Shown: positions 33,892 to 43,083 of the stretch, one piece after another | Layout of the letters: every line of letters starts with the position of its first letter | How positions within the stretch are numbered: position 1 is the first letter of the stretch | DNA from: Escherichia coli | GTDB taxonomy: Bacteria; Pseudomonadota; Gammaproteobacteria; Enterobacterales; Enterobacteriaceae | Reading direction: 5' to 3' (one strand) | DNA length: 64,000 nucleotides | Assembly: GCF_030013595.1 (NCBI RefSeq) | Contig: NZ_CP122768.1 | Program-made: the position numbers and the translations under genes | The notes under the pieces: model-generated | The model's input: only the letters and a program-made list of their open reading frames with translations | Told to the model about the DNA's origin: nothing | The model's database searches: none

Positions 33892-36219
33892 TTATTCTGT
33901 TATATTTCTTGGCAACATAGAAAAAGATGCTTGAGACAATCCTGCGCGCTTGAATTTATACCGTATATATGTTGACACTTCCATCTCATGGTTTGACAAC
34001 AAAATCTGACGATCTGAAAGCTCTACCCGTAACAAATCACTCAATGAAGCAATGTTAATCTCATCCATTGACTGTACTGGATCATCAATCAGTATAAATG
34101 GATTAAGCGCATATACCCTATTCAATGTTAGGAAAAATGCCAAACCTAATGATGCGATTTGCCCACTACTCATAGACAGGATTGCATCATGATCAGACTT
34201 CAGCGCAGTATTGAATTTGAGTATATCTCCTTTACCGCTCACTATAAACAAACCTAACCCACGCTGATAATTCTGTATGAGTCTTCCACTATATATATGG
34301 AATAACAGCTCTATATCACCAATAGTCTTTTTCGCATACTGTTTCGCAGTGTCGTCCAATTGCCGCCTAAGATTAACAATTTTTGCTTTTATTTTTTTGC
34401 CAGCTTCAATCCTAGAACTGAGCTTATCAAGCTCCGCTACTTTGGACTTGTACTCTTCGCTTTTGAATTTAGAATGAGCGGCTCTGAGATAGGATTCTTT
34501 ATTTTCAAAATCTGAAACACTAAGTGAGGTTATATCTGATGCGTTCAAGAAAGCCATCTCTAAGCTAGATGACCAGTCTAAAGGGAGCACATCCTTTTCT
34601 GGTTTTTTAGCTGTAGCAATAATCCCTTTTGCTTCATTAAACCGTAACAGCAGAGCTGCATCATCAGCCGTAAAACTAAGATCTTTTGATACGCCATAAT
34701 TTACCAACTGCAAAGCCACTTCACTTATGATTGAGAACTTAGATTCTGCTGCTGTGAGAGCCTTAAAAAGCACACTATCGAAATCTTTTGCAACTAGGTC
34801 ACGCTGCTGTGTGAATGCTGTTATCTGTAAATTTAGTAAGTCCTGTATTGACCTTACTGTCTCCTCCAACTTCTGGGCAGAAGCATCTATTTCAGATCGA
34901 ATTCTTTCCGCATTATTTACAGCGGCTTCCTCTAACGCAGCGTAAGTCGCCCATGATAACCCACAGAATGGACAACCGGAAATTTCCAAATCTTCACATT
35001 CTTGGTGTCGCCGCAGCAACTCTGCATGAGCATTTAGTAAATTTACAAGCTTTGCGTTCTTAGCTGCACTATCAGATTTAATTAGATCCCGTGCCTCAAT
35101 GAGACTATTTACACCAACCAAATCAGCAGCGTTCTTAAGACCGTTTAGGTCTACTTCATTTATCTCTGAAGCTGGCTTTCTGAATATCAAAAGATCATGA
35201 TCCAGCCCAACTAGCGTTGACTCCTTTACTTTCAGACCTTCATATCCAGCTACTTCAGAACCCAACTGAAGAGCCAACTTTATATCGACCTCTCTTTTTA
35301 AAAACGCATCAATATTACTATTAGCCTTTCTCGTCAGAACTTCATCAAAGTTCTGATATATTCTAAATATATTCCGTAATTCACGTATCAGAGTTTCAAT
35401 ATCTGTATCATTTACAGCCGATAGAGGCTGTTCAACATCCCAACCAGGTGACGGCGTCGCGGTACTTAACCGCTTGAAGTCAACGGAATTCTCGGCATCT
35501 TGAAACTGACCACTAAGCTGTTTAATTTTTTCATTCAACTCAGCCTGGAGGTCAGTATGCACTTTCCCCGTATAAGATTCCGTAATAATACTTTCTAACT
35601 CGGAGCAATATGATATCTGTCTCGTCAATTTATCGGTATTAATAAGATGCTCAATGCCTTTTTTTCTTTCAGTGGCATCCGTCGAGTACAGGTATCTATT
35701 CTGCCCTTGCTCAAGATAGTTCAATAAAGAGAAATTTTTTAAGAAGTTCTCTCCTAGAATACTCTCTAGTGCTTTAGAATCAAGACTCTCTCCAAACTTA
35801 TCGGAGTCTATACTGCTTATTTCGTAAAGCTTAAAAATAGAGAAGTTATCAGGTGCATTATTATCCGGGTTCGATAAATCCGCTATGGTAGCAACACGAG
35901 CTAGGAAAATTGACTCTCCTGAATCTTGATTTATGAGCTCAGCTCTAATAGCGATGTCGCCCTCTTTATTTCTATTCCAGTATATGTTTTCTTCAAATTG
36001 TTTTTTGCGCGAACGTTTTGCAACTGTTGCATCATTTGTATTGATAATTCTTTGTATAACGCCAGTAAACAAAAGCTCCAACGCATCAAATATGCTAGTT
36101 TTTCCAAAACCATTGGGGCCATCCAAGGTAATCATGGAGGCAGATCGAAAATCAATAGATGTATTTTCAAATGGCTTGAAATTTTCAATCTTGAGGCTGG
36201 ATATTTTCCATTTCTTCAT
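33892..36219 (-). CDS. Rad50/SbcC/SMC-like ABC ATPase with coiled-coil insert and CxxC zinc-hook-like motif (LmuB-like), 775 aa
   Basis: N-terminal Walker A (IENFKPFENTSIDF...LDGPNGFGKTSIFDALELLF), central CPFCG motif in a predicted coiled coil, C-terminal signature/Walker B/H-loop (SSGQIASLG...FILIDDPVQSMD...LLSNHE). Confidence 0.65.
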   Translation of the reverse strand: MKKWKISSLKIENFKPFENTSIDFRSASMITLDGPNGFGKTSIFDALELLFTGVIQRIINTNDATVAKRSRKKQFEENIYWNRNKEGDIAIRAELINQDSGESIFLARVATIADLSNPDNNAPDNFSIFKLYEISSIDSDKFGESLDSKALESILGENFLKNFSLLNYLEQGQNRYLYSTDATERKKGIEHLINTDKLTRQISYCSELESIITESYTGKVHTDLQAELNEKIKQLSGQFQDAENSVDFKRLSTATPSPGWDVEQPLSAVNDTDIETLIRELRNIFRIYQNFDEVLTRKANSNIDAFLKREVDIKLALQLGSEVAGYEGLKVKESTLVGLDHDLLIFRKPASEINEVDLNGLKNAADLVGVNSLIEARDLIKSDSAAKNAKLVNLLNAHAELLRRHQECEDLEISGCPFCGLSWATYAALEEAAVNNAERIRSEIDASAQKLEETVRSIQDLLNLQITAFTQQRDLVAKDFDSVLFKALTAAESKFSIISEVALQLVNYGVSKDLSFTADDAALLLRFNEAKGIIATAKKPEKDVLPLDWSSSLEMAFLNASDITSLSVSDFENKESYLRAAHSKFKSEEYKSKVAELDKLSSRIEAGKKIKAKIVNLRRQLDDTAKQYAKKTIGDIELLFHIYSGRLIQNYQRGLGLFIVSGKGDILKFNTALKSDHDAILSMSSGQIASLGLAFFLTLNRVYALNPFILIDDPVQSMDEINIASLSDLLRVELSDRQILLSNHEMEVSTYIRYKFKRAGLSQASFSMLPRNITE

Positions 36220-36940
36220 GAATCAGAGTCTCGATTAGTTTGTCTGCTTCAATCCCAGATGCAGAAGCATTAAAGATTTTGAGATGAAGACCGGTCAATT
36301 TTTTCTCGGCGAGTGCTTCCTTTACATAAATATCAAGCGGCTTTAGTGAGCTTTCCTTAACAGGAACCTTTACAAATGGAAGCTTTATAAAAATTCTCGC
36401 CGCGACGCTATATAATGTAGGCGATAGTGGTTGATCTCGATATTCTGCAAACATCCTATCATCGACAACAATCGCTGAAACGCTTTCGAAGTTGTGCCCT
36501 TCTAACAACCTAAGCTCTTCCTCGCTGTAATAAAGAAAATATTTTTTAAAATAATATGGATTCTCTTCAATTCCAAACACCTTACTCTCAATTCCATTAA
36601 AATCAACTCGGTGCCTTAATTTATGCAAAATAATCAGATCGGTATTTTTATCGAAAGCAGGATCAGATTTGAATGTTTCAGGAGCATACAGTAACACTAA
36701 TTTATTCAGCACCTGCGGTGATGGTATATTTTCACACTCAACCACAGCGAGGAATCGCTTCCTATCTCCACTATCCTGACTAAAATAAGTCAAAGACTTA
36801 TAATCAACACCTTCAAGACCAGCTAAAGTTTCTCCTGCCGAATACTCTATGGTGACGTCATCTGCTTTAGAATAGTCGCCTGTATTAAACAAAGTAAACT
36901 CATGTTTCAAGGCAGCCTGTAGAACAATATCTTTAATCAT
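36185..36940 (-). CDS. Middle gene of the three-gene operon (251 aa), unknown function, possibly LmuC-like
   Basis: Start overlaps the upstream stop by 8 nt and its 3' end overlaps the downstream ATPase start, indicating translational coupling. No recognisable motif. Confidence 0.5.
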   Translation of the reverse strand: MIKDIVLQAALKHEFTLFNTGDYSKADDVTIEYSAGETLAGLEGVDYKSLTYFSQDSGDRKRFLAVVECENIPSPQVLNKLVLLYAPETFKSDPAFDKNTDLIILHKLRHRVDFNGIESKVFGIEENPYYFKKYFLYYSEEELRLLEGHNFESVSAIVVDDRMFAEYRDQPLSPTLYSVAARIFIKLPFVKVPVKESSLKPLDIYVKEALAEKKLTGLHLKIFNASASGIEADKLIETLIHEEMENIQPQD

Positions 36941-38195
36941 TCAACTTCACCCTCGCCTCTTCCTTTGAAATTATTTTTGCATCAAAGGCTTTAGTTATTT
37001 TGTTACGATCCTTACCCATCAATGAAAACTCATCTTCTACAGCATCCCGCGAAGCTCCGGTAGCTGCACAAAATCGCTCAGCGGGTGAAAAAATATTTGC
37101 TCTAGCTGCGATTAGCCATTGATATTCAACTAAGATATCTATCAGCTCTGGATCGCTTTTCAGCTGCTCTATTAGATCTTCAGCAAACCTATGCTCCCGT
37201 CGAGCATTGTCTGCCGAAATTGCTGTTGGCAAATAAAAATCTCCGGCAGAGCACCTATAGTAAGGAGGCTTTTGCTCACTCAGTGGCGCTTTATCTATAT
37301 CGTAGATCACATCCACATAATCATAAACACTGTTCTCACTCACGACCATTGTGGAAGATCCAAAACATAACGACTTCCACAACCATATAAATGGAGTATC
37401 ACCCAACTCTTTAATCTGATCGTAAACATTTGCAACTTTTTGAATAACAGTTCTATCTGCTGTTTTTTCCATTGTATTGGTATACCCATACAATGATTTA
37501 CAAACGGCCATCCTGGCTTGGAACATTTTGTATACAATGTCGTCTTCATGGGTAGCGGTGAGGCTTAATAACTCTACAATCTTCTCACTTTTTAAAGTTT
37601 GAGTAAACGCGGCTTGTGCGGCGCTCATTAACCCATCCTGATTGCACGCGTGTATATATATTACTTGAGCGGCAATATGACTCTGCAAAGCCTCGAACTT
37701 CAAATTCACTAAAAAATCACTGCAAGGTAACTCTTCGGAAACCAGGTACTTCTCAATTTTTGATTTCGTTTTTTCTTCAACATCTTGGAGATAGCAGTAA
37801 GGCAGTCCATCGTAAGTATAAAATTTAACGACATTCCCATTGCTGCCAACAAAATCAGAAGCATCATCAAGGCGCGCAGATGTATGAAAATATCTTTTGG
37901 TAGTCTTATCACACAACATATATGTAGATGCAGCTTTTTCGAGAGCCTCCCTATAGGCAGCTCTTTTATCATCTGCTAGCGCTTTTACCTGATGCGTAGA
38001 AACTGCAACTCCATTTTCAATTATCGAAAAATCATCAATGCTGTCGATTTGCAACTCAAACGACATTTTATTGAGCACACATTCTATGGAATGATAAAGC
38101 GCTAAATGCCCTTGATAAATAAACCCACTCCATGTAGGTGCAGCTGTATGAGGATGGGAGGAAGCCGATTTCGACATGCAATATGTCCTAGGCAA
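36933..38195 (-). CDS. Candidate effector of a three-gene defense operon: PD-(D/E)xK nuclease-like protein (possibly Cap4/DUF4297-like, LmuA-like), 420 aa
   Basis: N-terminal region WSGFIYQGHLALYHSIECV...QIDSIDDFSIIENGVAVSTHQVK has the E..D..E/QxK spacing of restriction-endonuclease-fold proteins; first gene of an overlapping operon; AT-rich. Confidence 0.5.
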   Translation of the reverse strand: MPRTYCMSKSASSHPHTAAPTWSGFIYQGHLALYHSIECVLNKMSFELQIDSIDDFSIIENGVAVSTHQVKALADDKRAAYREALEKAASTYMLCDKTTKRYFHTSARLDDASDFVGSNGNVVKFYTYDGLPYCYLQDVEEKTKSKIEKYLVSEELPCSDFLVNLKFEALQSHIAAQVIYIHACNQDGLMSAAQAAFTQTLKSEKIVELLSLTATHEDDIVYKMFQARMAVCKSLYGYTNTMEKTADRTVIQKVANVYDQIKELGDTPFIWLWKSLCFGSSTMVVSENSVYDYVDVIYDIDKAPLSEQKPPYYRCSAGDFYLPTAISADNARREHRFAEDLIEQLKSDPELIDILVEYQWLIAARANIFSPAERFCAATGASRDAVEDEFSLMGKDRNKITKAFDAKIISKEEARVKLND

Positions 38196-38524
38196 ATTTA
38201 GAGACAGAGTCAGAAGTAACCTTCTAACTCAGTAGAATATGATCTTAATTTCTGTATCCGATGTTTATATTTTTTGTTGAACGCGCCCAGCGGCGTTATG
38301 AAAACTTCCTTGATTGTCATTTTTATGCATTCTCTTGATCGATAGGAATTTAAATCCCAAAAAGATTAAAAAAACACCCAAAAACGGATGTTTATTCGAC
38401 ACTGCCTGCGTGCCATGAGTGCACCGCCATCAATTAAATGGATCTTATCGAGTGATACTGTATATCACTGATGGTTTTTTACTCCATTCCCCTGAAAATG
38501 GACGCAACTTCCCCGATGCGGCTC

Positions 38525-39757
38525 TCAGCCGCACACCCGCTGTTGCGCCAGTGGCTCATGCATCAGGACCAGCTCTGTCAGACGGTAGCCCCGCTTCAGC
38601 CCCGTAAAACGCATCTGACATCCGCACAGGATGCACTTTAGCGGGTCAACCTTCAGTAACCGCTGATACATCCCTCTCCACCTGATTTGCATCGCCGTCT
38701 TTCTCACCGTCTCCGTTATGACGTACACAACATCTTCCAGTAACCGGCGCTTTACCGGACTCAGGAAACCGTAGTACCTCACCATACGGAACCCCTTATC
38801 CGCCACATGCCAGGAGAACCTTTCCATAAACTCATCACCACTCATCACCAGGTATTCTTCCCGTTTTGTCCGGTGACTGTTGTAACGCAGACCAATTTCA
38901 TCCTGACCAGCATAGTGCTCCAGACGGCTCATCGGCACCGGCGGTTTTTTCAGGTAAGAGCCGAAGTACACCGCCACATGTGTGGCGTTATCCATCACCC
39001 GGGATACGTTGACATTCCAGCCCCGCCGGTAATGACTGTCCAGGAAGCGATTCCAGTCCCGTCTGCTGCTTCCTTCAACTGCCAGCGCATCCGGTATCAC
39101 CAGCTCCGGGTATTTTCGTGACAGTAACCACGTTATCCTGTAACGCCACATGCTCATCACCTTACGGGCGTAAAAATGAAGGTTTTTCCAGGTGTGGTCT
39201 GGTGTCACGCCGCCGGCCGTTGTCGACAGGTGAATGTGCGGATGCCACTGCTGGTCACGTCCCCATGTGTGGATGACCGTGAATATCCCCGGCACCACAT
39301 CTGCCTGGCGGCAGATTTCCTGTATCACATCCGCAGCAATGCGGCTCATCTCTGCCAGTAACCACCGGTTGTGGAACACCAGGGACCAGTACTGGCAGGG
39401 AAGTGTGAACACAATATGCTGCCACGGACAGTCGGGAACCAGACTCAGCAGATACTGTATCCACTGTGCGCCAGCCTTCACTCCGCAGTGCGGGCAGGAG
39501 CGACTTTTACACCGGAAGCAGACCTTTTTTGTGTGGCAACAGTCCGGAGATGAACAGCACCACTGTGTGTACCCCATCAGCGTGGTTCCGCACGCCATGA
39601 TTTTTGTCACCGACTCAATGACTACCGGACGCACTGAACCTTCCGGTTGTTTCTCCAGCCAGTTAAGCCAGCGGTTTCCCTGCTGAAAAATGTCGGCAAA
39701 ACGGGGAAGCATCAGAAGGGCGGGGGGACTCCGTCCGGCCAGTGAACCGTGCCACAC
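38525..39757 (-). CDS. tnpA: IS91-family transposase (HUH rolling-circle type)
   Basis: 410-aa ORF with N-terminal Cys-rich zinc-binding region (CHTKKVCFRCKSRSCPHCG) and HUH-like motif HTWGRDQQWHPHIH. Confidence 0.7.
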   Translation of the reverse strand: MWHGSLAGRSPPALLMLPRFADIFQQGNRWLNWLEKQPEGSVRPVVIESVTKIMACGTTLMGYTQWCCSSPDCCHTKKVCFRCKSRSCPHCGVKAGAQWIQYLLSLVPDCPWQHIVFTLPCQYWSLVFHNRWLLAEMSRIAADVIQEICRQADVVPGIFTVIHTWGRDQQWHPHIHLSTTAGGVTPDHTWKNLHFYARKVMSMWRYRITWLLSRKYPELVIPDALAVEGSSRRDWNRFLDSHYRRGWNVNVSRVMDNATHVAVYFGSYLKKPPVPMSRLEHYAGQDEIGLRYNSHRTKREEYLVMSGDEFMERFSWHVADKGFRMVRYYGFLSPVKRRLLEDVVYVITETVRKTAMQIRWRGMYQRLLKVDPLKCILCGCQMRFTGLKRGYRLTELVLMHEPLAQQRVCG

Positions 39758-40077
39758 TCCGGGCAGTACATGCCGCCGGCGCTGATACCGGCAAGAATGG
39801 TCGCAAACTCCCGCTCCGTGCAGCGGGCTATTTCAGGATACCCTTCGTCATCGACACGAACAAACCAGAAGACCAGCTTTTTGTTTCCGGCATCCACAAA
39901 GAAGGGAATATTCAGGTCTGCGCAGCACTCAACGGCATCGTCAAAATTATCAAAGCGCAGAGCTTCTGCGTCTTCTTCGTCAAAGAAGTCATCGTCGTGA
40001 AGCTTCACGACATAGCGGGGAAGTTTGCTTCTTTGAGGGGCAGGTTTTCGTTTACGGGGTTTAGCTGAACGGGACAT
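39712..40077 (-). CDS. IS91 ORF121-like accessory protein
   Basis: 121-aa ORF immediately upstream of and overlapping the transposase gene, the size and position of IS91 orf121. Confidence 0.5.
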   Translation of the reverse strand: MSRSAKPRKRKPAPQRSKLPRYVVKLHDDDFFDEEDAEALRFDNFDDAVECCADLNIPFFVDAGNKKLVFWFVRVDDEGYPEIARCTEREFATILAGISAGGMYCPECGTVHWPDGVPPPF

Positions 40078-40964
40078 ATAACTACCTGAAAGACAATGAT
40101 ATTGTCTGTTTTTATAACGGTAATTTCAGGCCATGACAAGCCGCAGCCGCCAAGCTGCCTACTCGAGCGATATCGCTATGATATCACCGAATGTAACATA
40201 CCTGTAGGGTCAAAAAAAGGGTCAGCCAAACATTCTGGAGTGTTCGGTATCGTTGGTACCATTCATGCAAAATGGACTTAAATCTTAAGAAAGACACTCC
40301 ATTAGCTTAAGCTTCCCTACCTTACCCTACCAATACACCTAGCCAGCCGTGAGAACGCTACCGCCATCAGAGGCATTAGTCCCGATTAAGTATCGATGCA
40401 ACCAAATGTTACCAAAATTCATGAATTGTTCAAGAAGGCAATCAGATAATCCCTAAAGCTTTATGGGCCTGGTTATGCGATTACATTGGGAAATGGTTCA
40501 TGAACAGAAGTAGAGCAAGCTGCCAAGAAATGCTCATAAGAGGCGAATTTCCTGTTAGTTCATGAAGCCACCTGGAAGTGAATTCATCTTTCTATTAAAA
40601 ATATTCATTTAAAGCAAAGAGATATGTCATCTGTGGTTTATGAACTGGATTCTCGCTCAACATAAGTTAAATGTGGTGGGTTTGTTCTTAAGTTCATGTG
40701 TTCCGCTCTTTCAGTAGCTTAACTGATGAATCAGTCAGCAGCTCTTGCCGTGCAAGCTACGCGGCGGTTCGTACCAGATTGGCCACCTCCATCTCCTGGT
40801 TCGCTTTCCCCTCCCCCCGGTAAACCTCACCCAACGTTAATTAATGATGTCAGTATGTGGGCGCTATCCTTGTATGTAAAATCCACTGACGATTATGCCC
40901 ATCTGTGAAAAAAACTCACAATGCCATTCGATGCATCTCCATACTGAACGAGGCGTTATCGTCT

Positions 40965-41864
40965 TTATCGCCCCGTAGTGGATATCAGAAAATCAATCAG
41001 GGCCTTCACTCTTTTCGTTTTACCCGCGTTTTTGGGGTAATAGAGATACACTGGCGGGTAGGTTTTCCAGTAGCTCTCCATCACCGGAATAAAGCGCTCC
41101 CTGTCCGGCTGTAACTGCCAGACAGGCTCAAACAAGCGCCCAATTCCCAGCCCGTTACGGATCCCGTCTGCCATAACGTCAATATCGTTGCTGATTAACT
41201 GCCCCGGCATCTCAACGGTCAACTGCTCACCGCGATCGTTCAGGAGCAGCGGAAGGATGCGGTTGTTGGTGATAAAACGGTAACCAATCAGCTGGTGATG
41301 ACAGAGATCTGCCGGCACTTCAGGCGTTCCATGTCGGGAGAGATACGCTGAGGATGCATATAATCCTTCACGAAACGGTTTCATTAACGGTCGGGCCACC
41401 ACCCCTCCCTCAAGAATATCGCCAAAACGGATCCCCAGATCAAAACGCTCTTTGATGATATTCACGGTACCGTCGTAGACCGAAATTTCTAACTGTATAC
41501 CCGGATATTGCTGACAGAATTCTGCCATCGCAGGCTTAAGAATTAACAGGTAGGCAAAACGCGAGAGCGTAATTCGCACCATCCCAGAGGGCTCCTGATG
41601 CTGGTCGCGAATGCTTTCAAGCGAGTTTTCCAGCGACTCCACCGCCGCAGCGGTCTGTTCCAGCAATAATTGACCGGTTTCCGTCAGCTCTATACGGCGG
41701 GTCGTACGCACAAAAAGCGGATGGCCGATATACTCTTCCAGCAGCTTTAGTGCATTGCTGACGGAGGGAGGCGTAATTTCCAGTTTCCTTGCGGCTGCCG
41801 AAATATTGCCCTCCCGCGCAATGCTCTGGAAGATGCGAATCTGGTTATAAAGAGCGTTATTCAT
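40965..41864 (-). CDS. LysR-family transcriptional regulator
   Basis: 299-aa ORF with N-terminal LysR HTH (IRIFQSIAREGNISAAARKLEITPPSVSNALKLLEEYIGHPLF); divergent from the downstream oxidoreductase genes. Confidence 0.8.
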   Translation of the reverse strand: MNNALYNQIRIFQSIAREGNISAAARKLEITPPSVSNALKLLEEYIGHPLFVRTTRRIELTETGQLLLEQTAAAVESLENSLESIRDQHQEPSGMVRITLSRFAYLLILKPAMAEFCQQYPGIQLEISVYDGTVNIIKERFDLGIRFGDILEGGVVARPLMKPFREGLYASSAYLSRHGTPEVPADLCHHQLIGYRFITNNRILPLLLNDRGEQLTVEMPGQLISNDIDVMADGIRNGLGIGRLFEPVWQLQPDRERFIPVMESYWKTYPPVYLYYPKNAGKTKRVKALIDFLISTTGR

Positions 41865-42000
41865 AATGTTTTCCTAAAGCAATTCTCGCCTGATTATTAA
41901 GTACAGTCTAAAAATGCTTAAGTCAATGACCCTCTAATCTTCCTGAAATACGCCTCTTATACTTTAGTCTCTTTCTACTACGACCTGAGTTCAGGAGACT

Positions 42001-42312
42001 ATGATGCGAATTTTATGTCTGGATATCCCTGCCCCTGGAGCATCGCTGGAGAAATATGCTCCGCACCTCAACGCTGAAGCGCTGCACGCCTGGGGATTGT
42101 ATAAATCAGGCTTCATCCGCGACATCTACTTCCGTCAGGACAGACCTGGCGTCGCTATTTTTCTTGAATGTGACTCTGTCGATGAAGCGATGAACGTTAT
42201 GGCCGAATTCCCGTTGGCAAAAGCAGGCTTACTAAGCTTCGAGTGTATACCGCTTGGCTCCTTTATTAACTGGGAAAATCTCTTCGCCGATGAATTTAAA
42301 AATAAAGAGTGA
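42001..42312 (+). CDS. Muconolactone delta-isomerase-like small protein (103 aa)
   Basis: About 100-aa protein with MLI-family-like pattern (…GLYKSG…DSVDEAMNVMAEFPLAKAGLLSFECIPL); assignment by resemblance only. Confidence 0.45.
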   Translation: MMRILCLDIPAPGASLEKYAPHLNAEALHAWGLYKSGFIRDIYFRQDRPGVAIFLECDSVDEAMNVMAEFPLAKAGLLSFECIPLGSFINWENLFADEFKNKE

Positions 42313-42320
42313 GGACCGAT

Positions 42321-43010
42321 ATGAAACCTGCATATAAACCAGTGCTATGTGTCGTTTCCAGCCATCCGATTAAAGGCGCATCCGGTGTACCAACCGGTTT
42401 TTTCCTGGCCGAGCTGACTCATCCGCTGAAAGTACTGGAAGATGCCGGAATAAAAACAACAATAGCCAGTATTCGCGGGGGGCAGCCACCGGTGGATGGA
42501 TTTGACCTCAGCGACCCTGTTAACGCCTGGTACTGGAACGAAACCGATTTTCAGCAGCGCCTGGCAACAACACCTGCGTTATCCGAGCTGAAAGGTGCCG
42601 ATTACAGCGCAGTTTTCTTTGCAGGTGGTCATGGGACCATGTGGGATTTCCGTGATAATCAGGATGCCCAGCGTATTATCCGCGAAGTGTATGAAAGTGA
42701 TGGGATTGTCTCAGCCGTCTGCCACGGGCCTGCGGCATTGGTTGACGCAAAACTCAGTAGCGGCGAATACCTGATAAAAGGGAAAAATGTGGCGGCCTTT
42801 ACCAACAAGGAAGAGGAAGAAGTTCACACAACAGATGTGGTTCCCTTCCTGCTTGAAACCGCACTTCGCGAGCATGGTGCGCTTTATCATGAAGCTCCAA
42901 ACTGGTCTGAAAACGTGGTTACCGACGATCGCCTTATCACGGGGCAGAATCCCGCTTCAGCACATGGGGTTGGTGTGGCGCTGTTAAATGCACTCCGCCG
43001 GACAGCTTAA
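42321..43010 (+). CDS. DJ-1/PfpI (class I glutamine amidotransferase-like) family protein
   Basis: Nucleophile-elbow motif SAVCHGPAAL typical of DJ-1/Hsp31-type proteins; ATG at 42321 with RBS GAGGA upstream. Confidence 0.65.
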   Translation: MKPAYKPVLCVVSSHPIKGASGVPTGFFLAELTHPLKVLEDAGIKTTIASIRGGQPPVDGFDLSDPVNAWYWNETDFQQRLATTPALSELKGADYSAVFFAGGHGTMWDFRDNQDAQRIIREVYESDGIVSAVCHGPAALVDAKLSSGEYLIKGKNVAAFTNKEEEEVHTTDVVPFLLETALREHGALYHEAPNWSENVVTDDRLITGQNPASAHGVGVALLNALRRTA

Positions 43011-43083
43011 TTAATTCATCGTTACTCACCTTACTTGGCCGGTTTAAGTCAGCCACGATCCGGCCTTTTTTCAGGAGCTGAAT

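Larger units (their letters stand above)
38400..40150 (-). mobile_element. IS91-family insertion sequence (boundaries approximate)
   Basis: Two co-oriented ORFs typical of IS91: an ORF121-like gene and a 410-aa HUH rolling-circle transposase. Ends were not identified. Confidence 0.6.

Noticed and set aside
33892-38195. Alternative reading of the three-gene operon as Wadjet/MksBEF (JetABC) or as an RloC-type anticodon nuclease
   Set aside because: The ATPase is 775 aa with a CxxC hook rather than an approximately 1100-aa MukB-like hinge SMC, and no Toprim (JetD/MksG) gene follows; RloC would need a C-terminal nuclease domain after the ATPase head, but the protein ends about 30 residues after the H-loop. 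Lamassu-like architecture fits better, though this is unverified.
27243-40150. Prophage interpretation of the recombinase-bearing island
   Set aside because: No capsid, tail, terminase, portal or lysis genes are present; the content is recombinases, a regulator, a defense-like operon and an IS element.
40096-40964. Short ORFs (60-69 aa) between IS91 and the LysR gene
   Set aside because: No motifs or coupling; the region is better explained as non-coding DNA carrying the palindromic motif array.
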